Shown here in pieces: positions 47,401 to 60,969 of a stretch of DNA of 64,000 nucleotides. A program made the translations under genes and the position numbers. Below the pieces are notes generated by a model. That model saw only the letters and a program-made list of their open reading frames with translations, was not told the DNA's origin and made no database searches. Source of the DNA: Okamejei kenojei (taxonomy: Eukaryota). Location: assembly GCA_035221665.1 (NCBI GenBank), contig CM069164.1, forward strand, positions 18,290,001 to 18,354,000, read 5' to 3'. Each line of letters begins with the position of its first letter. Position 1 is the stretch's first letter.

Positions 47401-48189
47401 TGTTACCAAACAACATGTGCTGCATGAAAGGTAGCATGGAGCTGTTGGAACACCTCATGTATAGCGTAGGTTCAGTGGGATTTAGAATGCTGTGTAAGCT
47501 TACAATGTTTCACATTCTTGGTGATCTGGTGGAAATGGTAGAAAGTTGGGATTTGGTAATGGTGGAGATGTCCAGGCACAGTTATTCCTTCTTTGATACG
47601 AGACATTCTTCATTCCAGCCAACCCACCCAGTTTCTTATTATACAGAAGTGTGAAATCTCTTACCTTTAGCTCTCAGGACCGTTTCTTCAGAGAATAGAT
47701 GTAATCCAGGGTGGAAAATTAGAACCCTGAGCAATTCACATTCATCTTATTCGAGATACCACTATGCATTCATGTTAAAGTTATTGTCTGCGTAGCAGAG
47801 TGGCTCTAATAGTCCTTGTCATGGAATCAAAACCCGCTGAGTACAACAGCAGCAACAGCAGCAACAACATGCTGTCTTTAGTTTTGTAGGAGTCATGCGC
47901 ATCATAATATTTTAAGAAACTTTACACACGTTAAGTCTGGGCTTGCCTGTAATTGCTCTCTGCCTAGACTTTAGAGGCTTTACTAAAAGAGCACAGACCC
48001 GATATGTTATGATACAGGGTCAGCAGCATTTAAAAAAGTTATTCAACCCGTGTTAAAACAAATTAAATTTCTTACCAGTAAACCTCTGCTCACTCCCACA
48101 CCTTGTTTTGGTTTATTGCTATTGTCATGTGCATCAAAATACAGAGAAAAAACTTTGTTTTGTTGACCACCCAGGCAAAAAAGGATTAG

Positions 48190-48580
48190 AGAATGGCAAT
48201 AGATGTAATCGATATGAACTTTGGCAAGGCCTTTCACAAGCTCTCCCATGGTAGGCGAGATGGAAGGTTAGATCACATGGAATCCATGATGAGCCAGCCA
48301 GTTGGATTCAAAATTGAAGAGGTCAAAGAATAATTGTGGAGAGTCGTTTTTTCGATTGGAGACCTGAGCCCAGTGGAGTTTCGAAGGGGTTGGTGCTGGG
48401 TCCACTGTTGTTTGTCATCTACATCATCAATTCAGTTGGCAGTGCAGTGAAAAATGGTAATAAATTGACAGATTACATCAAAATTAGTGATACAGTGGAC
48501 AGTGAGGAAGGATATCAATGTTTACAACTGGACACCAGCAGGGAAGGAAGGAATGACAAATGGAATTTAATTCCGAATGC
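48190..48580 (+). mobile_element. CR1 LINE RT fragment
   Basis: ORF 48336..48602 has WRPEPSGVSKGLVLGPLLFVIYIIN. Confidence 0.8.
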
Positions 48581-49449
48581 ACGGCCTCCAGGGGCAGTGT
48601 GATTACATTTGGAGGCATCAAGGAAGCATGATTGGAGGAATACAGAGACCTCAGATGTCACTAGGCTGAGCCAGTTTACAGAGAGGAGAAGTTAAGATCA
48701 AGGAGGGATTTATCCAAATCCAAATTTATTCAAATGTCGTCACAGAAAGTGTGGATGAGAATCTTATTATTGTGAATTTGCTTAACCAAGACCAAGCAGG
48801 GCTTCAAGCTCAAGGTTAGTGGGCAGATGGGACATAATGGAAATTCTGTCTTGGGTAGTAAAATTATGAATGACTTGAACTTTACAAAGGTTAGAATCAG
48901 AGCATTCAACCAGGATTACATTGTCTAGAGGTAACAAGATGGAGATGAGTATTTTAGCAATAGCTGAGTTAAGTCAAGTAATATCTCAGATTGCACAGAT
49001 AGTGGTCAAAACGTCATACATAGACCCAAGCAGCATGTAAACAGGCCCTTGGGCACATTGAGTACACACCAACCACCTGTCTACGCGAATCCTACAATGA
49101 TCTAATTTTTCAACTACTCCACATTTCCATCAACTCCACCTAGAAGCCACCACTCAACTACAAATTCAGGGCAATTCAGTGTCCATTTAACCTACCAACC
49201 CGCACGTCTTTGGAATGTGCGAGGAAACTGAAATACCTGGAGAAAACCTACATGTTCTTGGTTCTTGCTCCTCTAAAATATCCAAAATGGAATTGAAATT
49301 GGAAGTGGCGGAGGGTGGACTTTAGCAAAAAAAGGATTCTTGGAGAAGAATCCTTTCACTCACTGTCTGACACTGACTGACTAACACACCCCCTCACTCA
49401 CCTCCTTCCCACACAGGCCGTGCGAGGCCGCCTGCCGGTTGTTCACCCA

Positions 49450-49740
49450 TTAGTGAGGCACAGCTGGTAGAACTGTTGCCCCACTGCACTGGAGACCCGG
49501 GTTCTATCCTGACCTCAACTGCTAACTGTATGGAGTTTGCAAATTCTCCCTGTGATATCCTATGGGTGCTCTGGTTTCATCCCACACACCAAAGACATAC
49601 AGGTTTGTTGGTTAATTGGCCTCTGTATATGTAGGGAGTGGCTGAGAAAGTCTGCATAGAATTAGTGTGTATGAGTGATCAATGCTCAGCGTGGACTCAG
49701 TGGACCGTGGGGCTGGTTTCCATGCTGTATCTAAACTAAA
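49450..49740 (+). mobile_element. V-SINE-like element inserted among opposite-strand SINE pieces
   Basis: Head gtgaggcacagctggtagaac...ggttctatcctgacc, tail ctaaactaaa. Minus-strand pieces at about 49180-49255 and 49741-49822. Confidence 0.7.
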
Positions 49741-49925
49741 CATGCAAACTCTGCATGGATAGCACCCAAGATCAGGAGTGTTCCTGGTTCACCTGGCACT
49801 GCACGCTGTACCACTGTCCCACCCTTGATCAATGACAAAAATCTGGTTTACTTTCAGACAAACATCATGGAGCAAGGAGGAGACAGTGGCAAGGGAATGG
49901 AAAAAGTATCAGAGAACAAAGCTGT

Positions 49926-50243
49926 TTAAGAAGGAACTGCAGAAGCTGGAAAATCAAAGGTAGACAAAAATACTGGAGAAACTCAGCGGGTGCGGCAGCA
50001 TCTATGGAGTGAAGGAAATGGGCAATGTTTCAGGCCGAAACCCTTCTTCAGACTGATGTAAGGGTGGTGGGGGGGGGGGGGGGGGGGGAAGGGGGGGGGG
50101 TGGGAAGAAGAAAGGAAGAGGAGGAGCCAGTGGGCTGAGAGAGAGCTGAGAAAGGGAGGAGACAGTAAGGACTAAAGGACTACCTGAAATTAGAGAAGTC
50201 AATGTACTTACCGCTGGAGTGCAAACTGCCCAAGCGAAATATG
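49926..50243 (-). mobile_element. Penelope-like element 3' portion
   Basis: Minus strand atatttcgcttgggcagtttgcactccagcgg...ttctctaatttcaggtag (IFRLG motif), then CAGTCTGAAGAAGGGTTTCGGCCTGAAACATTG. Confidence 0.8.
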
Positions 50244-52249
50244 AGAACAAAGCTAATGGCTTCAATCTTCCCAGCATTTAATGAAAGAAAATTACGGAGT
50301 TTTTCCTGATAGTCTAGAGATGGAGGGGGCTCAGCAGAACTGGTGAGTTAGCAGATACAGAAAGAAACTGATGAAGGTGTTGTTTCAGGTGGTGTTGCTG
50401 AGGGATGGGTCCGTTTTACATTGTAGCTCTTCCAAGGCAGCAACTGGTTGAACCCAGGCTGACGTCCAGCTGCTGCACAGGGTGTAGGCCTTATGCTTAA
50501 TGAAATGAAGCAAGAGGCATCAAGATTGCTTAATGTGTCACAATGTGGACAGTTTCAACAACATTCCCTCATGGTTGCAACAAGTCTCAGACATTTTACT
50601 ACTGTATGAGATTGTTCTGTCGTTACATAAATCATTTTGTTTTTAATTGAAGCTAAATACAGTTGGTAACTCACTTAAATGGAATAAATCCCCCATAAAG
50701 AGGAGCTGAATAAGATGCTGGTGACTACACGTGTGCCTTCATTCATGCGTTTCCTAATTGGCTTCCATGGCAATGACCTATCACAGCAGGACCTCGGCTT
50801 ATTGTTATGGAAATCATTATTAGCCAATCAGAAAATTATTATCCTAGCTCAATGAGTTACCATGTCCCCCTGCCCTCTCACACAATGCCGACTTATAAAG
50901 CAAATGTGTGAGGATGGAATTATTGTTCAGCTGGCTCCAAACAGAAACATCAGAAACACACAAATGGCAACAAGCTGGGCCAGTGCAGCAACTGAAAACA
51001 TTCAGATGAAAAACCCAATAGCTACTGGAATTATCACAGCAACACAAAGCAAACTTCTAACTACAAGAGCGGACTTATCTTCCACAGGGAGGGAATTTCC
51101 AGTGCTTGGCTGAAAGAAGTCACAGCCTTGTCCCCATTCAAACTCTCCCCCACATTAAATTACTGACCCAGCATGACAGGCACATATGTGGAGCAACGCT
51201 CCTGCTCTCACCCTTGTTTTGTTTGATGGAATCTGCACTGCACAATGAGCAGCCGTCTCCATGCCTGACCTGTCAACACTAATTATCTGCTTAGTTTACT
51301 TTGACTTTTATTCACCCTCATCTAACTCTGCCGACCTGTTTGTTCCTTCCTTCCCCCACCGACTTTTATTAATTTCTTCCATTTGAGTTCTAATTCAAAC
51401 AACGGTGGTTTTTACTGGAACCACTTACAGCATTCTGCAGGGGCTATTGTATAGCATTTGGTAAGAAGGATTGACCTGGATGTTCCATCAAGTAACATGC
51501 TTATGACGTTAAAGAGGAAAGGGACTGACTGCATTCATGATAAAGTCTGTGCTCTTCCTGCCAGCTCATCTGACCTGTTAATTACCCCCCGAACAGATCA
51601 CAAGCCGTAGAGTCTGGAACTGGGGACTTGCCCTGGGGATGTTCTCCCAATTAAATTTATGCCTTGTGACGGCTCTCCCTCCAGCCACACCCCCCCCCCC
51701 CCTCTCGTAGTGTTAACCGCCACATTTTCAATCTGATCAGGGCCTCCCACCACCCATCCTTCAACTGCTTGACCTGCTAACGTCTGCTAACCTTTGCTAA
51801 AATTCTATAGTATACGAGGTCAAAGTGGTGCTCTGTAATTTCCATTGTGAGTCTGGGTTGGGGGTGGGAGATGAGTTAAGGAATGGGGTAGCAATTGTAC
51901 ATATGATAATGTTATGGAAGGCAAAGTATAAAATTATACGTTTCTACTTCATGCTTCTAGTTAATGTGGAGAACGTAATGTTGGAGGTGGAGTACTGTTC
52001 AGCAAAAATGTTTGTGAATCTCTCCTCTGTAAAATAGGCTTTGCTCATGAAAATGCAATTGCAAAGTCCTCGAGGGGAAGTTAGGTCACAGCTCGCAGGT
52101 GAAGGGTCAGGGGTTAGGGGCCCAAAATGGGTGAGTTAGGTCAGTGATAGATGGAGGGAGTAGGGTTCAGAACTGCAGGATCATGCAGCAAAATTGGGAG
52201 GGGTCCTGTTCTCATTTGGGTATCGGAAAGCTTGGAGGTGGAACACAGT

Positions 52250-52710
52250 TAATTACATGCGATTCAAGGTGAGCTAGCTAATTGGATCCAAAATGTGCTT
52301 GGTAACAGGAAACAGGTAGTGTTAGAAGGATTGGAAATATGTGACTTGTGATGGACTACAGTGATTAGCGTTGGGATCTTTGTTGTTTTGTGACAACATG
52401 GATAAGATGACGAAGATGACATATGGCATGCTTGCCTTCATAGATCGAGGCATAGAACATAAGAGTTGGAACATCAAAGTGCAACTTTACAAAACACTTG
52501 TTAGACTATATGGAGTACTGCATGCAGTTCTGATCACCACTTAATGGGAATGATGTGATAGCGCTGGAGAGTCCATTGGGGATTCATCAGGATGATGACT
52601 GGATTGGAAGATTTTAGTCATGGGAGAGATTGGATGAGCTGGGCTTTTTTTTGGACTGAAAGAGGCGGAGGGGTAACCTGTTAGTGGAACATAGATATTT
52701 ACGAGAGGCA
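52250..52710 (+). mobile_element. Decayed CR1 LINE
   Basis: atggcatgcttgccttcat...tggagtactgcatgcagttctg (LEYCxQFW motif)...gaggcggaggggtaacctg. Confidence 0.7.
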
Positions 52711-53423
52711 CTCCTCTCCCAACTATGAATCAAAAGGGTGGAAATGCAAATATAGAACTGGCAGTGGTGGGTTAGCAGGAAGAGAAATAGGGCATCACAT
52801 ATTGGAAGGTCTCATACCTTTGCCCATGGTGTTATCCCCAGTTATATACGTGGAGGTGTTCCTGGTCAAGCTATTAAAACAGTAAATTATTACTAAATTT
52901 AAAAGCAAGAAGCAACCTGCAGATGCTGGAGATCAGGCCGTATCTGCAAAGTAGGAAACAGCATTAATGCTGATAACCTGAAACATTAATTGTGACCTTT
53001 CAAAACTTATGGAAGATCATCTTGTTGACGCATTAACTGTTTGCACCTCCTCAAGTGCTGCCTGACATGATTAGTATCCCCAGCATTTCCAGTTATTTGA
53101 TGACAAGTATAAGGTTTCACTCTCCACAGCCAGCAAAAATAGTGTAAGTGTGCCCGAGGCAGAAGATTAAAAATGAATGAAGGCAATTTGCCAAAAAGAT
53201 TGGTTCGGCTTTTGTGAATGCATTAGTGTTCAAGCCATAGAAACAGGGCACACCAGAAAGATTTTGTGCATATGTGATTGCAAGAAGTAGTGACGGCCAC
53301 TAATATTTTCATTTCTTTATATCTTGCGTAAAAGTCCAGGTCCAAAACGGAACTGATGTTGTTGTTGCTCATTTCAAGTACCTGTTCAGGTCCTTTCACA
53401 GACTCAACCCTTCAACGAGTACT

Positions 53424-53439
53424 GTGTGTGTGTGTGTGT

Positions 53440-53509
<70 letters not shown>
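53424..53509. repeat. (TG)n microsatellite
   Basis: About 43 TG units with one interruption. Confidence 0.97.
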
Positions 53510-53511
<2 letters not shown>

Positions 53512-55599
53512 CATGCATATGGTTTCATTCAAGTGATGCCCAGACTAAGTGCATCCAGGAACCAAAGCCAATCTAGTCCTAGAAATACTTGGTGCCTTTT
53601 GTGAGATTCATTCACTTTAACCACAGTCAAAAACCTCAGGCTCCATTTCTGAGCATCTTCTGGAAAGGATTTTGCACTTTGGTACTCCAGCTTTACAGAA
53701 CTTCATTTCAGATATCTCTACAGTTACCACAACTGTTTCACAACTATCTGATCACTGTCTAGACGAGAACAACATAATCCTTATATCGAGAGGAACAGTT
53801 TCTTCTGTCTTCAGCTGTCCACTTGCACAGTGTGAAAGACCTTGATGAATAGGTAAACGAGCACCTTAGTTACTCACACATACATTGTCTCAAAGCAGGT
53901 TTTAAGTAGCTTCATGATGCTACTATATCAGCCTACATTTTGCAACCCCATTTTCAGTGCTCGCCATTACCAATAGAGAATAGACCAGTCTGGCATCACG
54001 TGCGCTGGGAAACTATAGATAGCCTACTACACAGGAATAAAGACTCTGATATCACTCCTTGGGCACCTATACTGGGAAACAATGGATGGATACCTTGCTC
54101 TTCCCAGCCAATACTGCACTCACCTAGAGAACCAAAGCGTGCAAAATTGGACATTTGCACAATAGAACCTTAATAAAGATGAAAGAAAACAGCCCACTCA
54201 AATGCAAATGAATTTAAAATGATGTGATGTCTCATTTATGGTCAAACCAGTCTCAAGTGTGGTATCTGTTATTGGAGATTATTCTGCCTTAACTTATCAT
54301 TCGTTCTATCATTTTGTGTTCTGTATGTGATTGAGGTCGATGTTGAGATGTTTAACCAAGGCTCTTCTTCAAAACAAGTGGTTAAAGAGATGGGCTGTTG
54401 CTTGGACTGACCAGGAAGTCAATAGATCCTCCTTCCAACATGATGATGAAAAAGATTTATAATAAATGAAAGTCTGTCAATAAGTGTAATGAACTCCAAG
54501 TACAATTCATTTGCTGCTAAATGCATTAATTCATTTATAGAGTAATATCCATTAAACCAATGCGGTGTGATTTTAGCTTAGAGTGGAATTATATTAGGAA
54601 ATTTGGTTGTCTTTAAAAAAAAAGATTAGAATGCACTCAGATGGGAGAAAGAATTGTTGAATGATGTGGAACACAGCAAGAAGCCCTGTGTCAGGGGAGG
54701 TCAGAAGTACAGATTCTGAGCTTCTTAGACCACCCAGTGAAATTGCTAAGTATGTTAATGGAACATAATAAACCGCAACTTAATGTGAAAGTTAAGTCCA
54801 AGCTGATAAGAACCCATAGGTTTACATTTAACTGAAATGGACAATTAAAAAAAATCACTTAGGCAGACCTTCCAACTTATTGAAAGGGACTCCCAATCAT
54901 AGGTTGATGTAATGGACAATGCAAACCCTCATCCTCTACTGTCCATTCCTTGACATCACTGAGCTAAAGGGACCCACATCACTCCAGACTACAACCTTCT
55001 TTCTAATACAATGATTCAGGTTGTTTTTATTTTGATACGTCTTATATGAGTGCTTATACAAACCTTTATGGTACTTCCTACTTTCCATTTTGCATCTGCC
55101 AAGTCATATTTTTCATGTTGAATTTATGCTTTCAGTTCATTAATTTTGACCATCAAAGTCCATGCGTTTATAGTAAGATTACTTATTTGGGTCACACAAA
55201 TTAACCTGCCCTGATTCTGAAACGTTTCATTCACACATCTTATTTATATTTTCTGGTCTAATCATTTCTCGTTGTTCAATTTTCCCTTTACCTGCGGCAC
55301 ATTCTATTTTCTCTCTCCCTGTGTTTATTTTGGAACTATTATTATTCCACCTTATTGGCTTTGTGAGTTTAAAGTTCATCCATTTTGCCAGGTGGAGCCT
55401 GTCCTGAGAACAAAATCCTGACTGCTCCAGAACTTCAACTGGGAAAAACAGGCAGTAGTATGTTTTAAAATATATATTTTTTTTAAACACTCATCTGGAG
55501 ATATAGACACAAGCAGAATGAATCACATCCAAAAGGAGTTTAAATATCTTTAAGGAATTATCATGAAGATGTTTCCCCCATCCATTAAATGTGCCACGA

Positions 55600-58500
55600 T
55601 AATGCATTTTATGGAAAACTTTATTTAAACTGTGCAATCATTCAAAATGCAGACTATTTTACAACAGTTTTAAAACATTTTGGCTTTTAGACTAGTTATA
55701 TTTTTGGCATGAGTCAGCAAAATTACAGATCAGGCACCTGAGCTCTCAGCAGCATTCACTGTAATGCTATTATAAAATAGGAACACACAGTTTCTCAGTA
55801 AAAGTAGTTAAAGACATAAATGAGGTACATTCACAAATCAAGGCAAACGTTTATTCTCCTGCAGCACTGGACAGAAAGTGAAGCTGATCCCCTGAGACAA
55901 ATAAAATTTGATATAATGCAGATTCACTGTCCAGAGCCGGGATCACAAACACTGCCTTTACAAGATCATTGGCAATTGAAGATAGAAGGCTCAGAACACC
56001 TGAGATATATTGGACTGCACCCTCCACTTCTTCCCTTTAGTTCACATCTTATCAATATGCTCCAAATCAAAAAAAACTAACACATTAGTCATTCTCATCA
56101 CAAATGAATAAAACACAGTAACCAAAAAAAAGCAGTTTACAATGACTTTTCTCCCACCCTTCCTAACTGTTATAACGAGTGGTCACGTGACATACTTCAG
56201 TACCCTCCAAGGTGCAAGCAGCAAATGTCACGTAGATACCCGTTACACCAGCCACACAAACGTTAAACATAATTAAAATGAAAATACAATTTCAGACAGT
56301 TTAACACATAATTCCAGATTAATGTGCATCAACAAATACTTAACTTAAAAACGAGGCAGTAGTTTTAGTTATATTTTAATTAACATCTCCAATCTCAAAA
56401 CCGGCAGCAAAATCTCATCAATTGGCCAGCATATTTTCCAGACTTTGCCTTTACTGGTCTTAAAAGGCAGACTACCACCCAAAACTGTGCTTACATTTCC
56501 AAATGCATTGAAGTTATCAGGCACCAATAATAGGCCCTCGTAATAAATTTAAAATGTAGACACTTTAATTACTGTAATTACAAAATTTGATTTGCTAGAA
56601 ATCAATGACAAGTTTCCTTAGCACCAGCAAGTGAGGTCCTTCATAAATATCTTGTTGTACTCTCGAATGAGGTAGTGTAAACACCAGTTTCAACCTATCT
56701 GAGGCAGAATTGAAAAGTGTGGAAAAAATGCTGGTGAATCTACAACAATTCCCATGCTTGAAGTACTGTACATTACATGCCAGAAGGTATTTTATAAAGA
56801 CATTTCCACTGTTTTTTGTTGCAGGGTAATAGAATCAAACAGATTTTAAATATCTGGATTTCCATTATTCACCTGATTCATGTCCTGGACGGGGAATGTG
56901 TCTTAGCCAGCTATTACACAAAGCTGGACAGTTACAAGGTGAACAGGGGATGGGGTGGTGTTCATTATTTTACAGTTGCCTTTGTCAAAGGAAAATTTAA
57001 ATGATTACTGATACTCCCCTCAGCACAAGGTGGAACATGTGCTCTAAGTGGGTGCAACTCCGTAAAATACGGCTTTATGAACACACTTTTCAAACTTTTC
57101 AATGGCTCAAATTGAACACCAGACTGCCCAGAGTAGGAAGATGCACAGCAGGAGGGTAACAGTTACACAAGTGTCACCATAATTGAACCTCAGCAACTGC
57201 TACCTCAATACTGTGGGAATGAGGAGATAGGACAATGAACAGTGTTTTTAACAAACATTAAGAAAAGTCCATAAAGATTATTATTCTATGACATGGTGTA
57301 CAGTATTTCAAAATGACTGCAGTCTAGCAGTAAGATGCCAATTTTGATTTGGAATGTTAACCATCATCATCTGTTGCTGCATCAAAATAAGCAAGTCATT
57401 AAAACAACATTTAAAAGACACATTCCAGGAGCAAAGAACTAAACTCCTATTGTTGATACACAAAGGTGAACAAAAAATAAATCTTTGGTTTTCACGGACG
57501 GCTGATCTAGCTGTATTTGAAAACAAAATATTAATACTGAATTTATTGTTTTTTAAAAATCTTTAGTTGTGCTCCTCTGCTCCCTGAAATTTGTCAAGGC
57601 ATGAGACCGAACACGTTTATTGCTCAATATTGATTATATTATCTAAAGCTATTACAAGTCCCTTTTTCCCCCACATACTCCAGAGCTGTTGTGGCGTTTT
57701 ATTTAATAGTTAGGGAAGTAATGCAAACCATGTAACTGTGAACCACAAAAATATGCAGTTTTCTTTGGAGAAGGGCTCAGGCAATCACATGATAGCAATT
57801 CAACTGGATTCTTAAAGAGAACGCACAGGCAACTGGAGTATTTTACTTATGTTTGTGTAGAAAAATCTGATATTTCAAAAATATTAGAATTTATGTTCAT
57901 CACGAAAACATGTCATTTGCCCATTTAAAAATAGCAAATAACGAATGGAGTTTTATAATTTGTTGGATGAAAAGAATCCTCTTATAATCAATAATATGAA
58001 ACAATTATTGCAATTTGGAGAAGAATGTACTTTTACAAAATTACATCTTGTTGTACAAGAGAATTCTCTACATTTCATTCATCGACACTACTGCAGGTTT
58101 TATGAAAAGTGACACAGTTCAGACCTGGAATTCAGATACTACATAGAAACAGTGCCACATCAACATTAAATCTTTGGATATAGTTGCTTATCATTTACCT
58201 TTGTATACCGCCTTTACCAACAACACAATGGGATGACACTAATCTGAAAGACAAGTGCTAAACTGACTATAAAACTGATCTACACTATAAAGAGCAGAGT
58301 GCAGCTAACCAGAAGTCGTACTCAGTAGTTAGTATTAAGGATCTTTCGTTGAGCCGATATTAGAACATCATTCAAACATTAAAATCTTTGGGATTTGGAT
58401 AAGACAAAGAATTGGCTTAAGTATTTTTGGACAATAAATCATTGTATATCTATTTACTATAATTCAATTTGTTTCCAGTTAGAGATTGGGTTTTAATAGC

Positions 58501-60969
58501 ATTTGGGCGTTATCACATCAATATAGCTCATTCCCTAAATTAGGTTTCCAATTATTCTAGTGTAATATGGTATTAGAAAATCAATTCCAATTCGAGACAC
58601 ATACACGTCACTACTTCTGATTGATTAGAAACTATTATAAAATTAAGAAATTCAACAGTTAAATGGCCCAAAAAAAATCCTAGAAAAAAAGTTATGTACA
58701 TTTTCTTTGGTAAGCTTATTTTAAAGTAGTTTTGATATATCGGCATCGCAGAGGTGTGAACATTTACTGGCACACAATTCTAGTGATCTGTTCTAACTCT
58801 TAAAAGCTACACAGTAACTATTGTAAAAGCAATAATTCAAACAAGATACCCTGTCAGTACACCACACACGTGTGTGCGGCAGTTCAAATGTAACAAATAT
58901 TTGATCCCTGAGGTTAGATAAAGAATAACACTAAAATAGGTTTTATAAAGAGGTAGTATCAAACAGGAGGTGCAAGGCGAGAGCACATGAGAGCAGCAGC
59001 TTCTATTCCCTCAACATTTTTGGTATCATGAAGCTCCATTTTGTAATGCAAGCAATTCTAAAAACAAATACAAATGAGGCACCTAATGGTGCTCTTTGGA
59101 TTGGAACTCTGAAGGAGTTATTTCATTTAATACCATTAAGCTGAAGTTGTTTTATAATCAGAAGGTTTATAGAATTGTGCTGGAGATACAGTTATTCAAT
59201 ATCCAAACACAAAGTTATATTATTTTAAAATAACTCTACATCCCTTTCAACTTGATAAAAAATATATATTCCTATTATTTTGAACATGAATTCCTTGAAT
59301 AGTTTAATCAGACTTAAAACTCCTATAATTAAATGTATTTAGTCTACCGTGATAGGTGTGGATTTTTAGTGGAGGTTTTTTGGTTATGGCTAGCCAATAC
59401 CACACACTTCAAAGCTGCAGAAAAAATTATAGGAGTCCACTTACTAATTTGAACATGTCACCAAGTGGTACTTGAAAATGCTGGAGTAACTCAGCAGGAC
59501 AGGCAGCATCTCTGGAGAGAAGGAATGTGTGTCGTTTTGGGTCGAGAACCCGACTCTGAAGAAGGGTCTCCACCCGAAACATCACCCATTCCTTCTCTCC
59601 AAAGATGCTGCCTGTCCTGCTGAGTTACTCCAGCATCTTGTGTCTACCGTTGAGTTAAACCAGCATCTGCAGCTCCTTCCTACAAAGTTTATTTCATCTT
59701 CAGTTTGAACATTCTCATCAAGTTGAACTTTCTCGGAGTCCCACACTTAGAGAAGATAAACTCACTATACACTCCACAAGATTTTCCTTTGAAAAAAGAA
59801 AGTGAATGCAGCAAACCAGAATGCTCAAGCACCATCCCACTGGATGCAATTCTTATTTGAAATGGACCAGTCACATAGTTGCCGAAGCATCTGTTAGAAT
59901 GCATGAAATCAGAACTCAACAGGCGCAGCACAAGGCTGTGATAGGGGTCAACGCAGGAGGCATGTTTTCCCTAATTTCTGCATCTGCATTGTATTTTCCA
60001 GTTTCTAGAACAGGAAGCATCTAGGTAATCATTTCAGTTAACCCTGGCCTGCTTCAATTAGTCTGCTGTGCCTCCCAACAGATAGTCAATGTAACTGGAT
60101 GTACTCATAGCTCTTCAGCTTCAGATTCAATGGGAATACATTCACTCTGCCTATAGAGCAGAGTTCAGATATCTTTCAAAATTAACATTATGGACAAGCT
60201 CAATAAGAACATCAATGAAGCACAAAACTTCAACAGGCGCAAGGCTTCAAACTCATTCAATCCAAAGCATTGCTTCTTTTCTCTAATCAAACCAGCTCTA
60301 CAATTTTCCCTCGACAGCTTAATGTAAATGCACAGTATAAATGTAGCAGCTGTGCAAAGTAATTTAACATTTCATGGATTGAGATTATGAATTCAAAACC
60401 TTCCAATAACTTGACTGGATATCTGACTTTATATTAACAATATAATCAAGACAACTTCAGCTCAAAGGCACTGTGTATATGGCCCCATTTCAGAATCTCA
60501 CTTGCTCATGTAAACAGATCTTTCGTCAAACACTCTCATGGCAACGTCCTTGCAACCCCTACATCACAGCAGAACACCAACAAACATTTTTTTAAAATCA
60601 TAACAACACATCTCTGTAAGGAAGTATCATCTATTAGGTAATGGAGTCAAATCCTGTTAAATACTGGAGTTTATCATTAGGTAAAACTGAGGTAGATTTT
60701 TTTCAGCAGAAAACCTGAAACAATATTTCTGCTCCAATGATATACCTTTCAAATTAAAATCAAAAGAAATGTAATGGTCCTTTTCACATTTTTTTGACAT
60801 AGACATTCATGGTGGGTAAAATAAAAAAAATGGAACATTCATAAACCAAGTGTGTAAGAACCTGGAGTGACTAAAAAAAAGACCCAGACTTTCTTTCCAG
60901 AGTGTTCTTTGGCTTACTGCACATTTGTCCATTGTACAGATAAATTATTGTGAAACTGGATCTGGTTGC
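55600..60969 (-). other. PRTG: Putative long 3'UTR of PRTG (distal end approximate)
   Basis: Follows the stop at 60970. Almost free of repeats for over 5 kb and rich in miRNA seed matches. Candidate AATAAA on the minus strand at 55620-55625, with others near 55324 and 55850. Confidence 0.6.
59476..59684. mobile_element. Penelope-like inverted terminal pair inside the PRTG 3'UTR
   Basis: ATGCTGGAGTAACTCAGCAGGACAGGCAGCATCT pairs with AGATGCTGCCTGTCCTGCTGAGTTACTCCAGCAT. Core CTGAAGAAGGGTCTCCACCCGAAAC on the plus strand. Confidence 0.8.
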
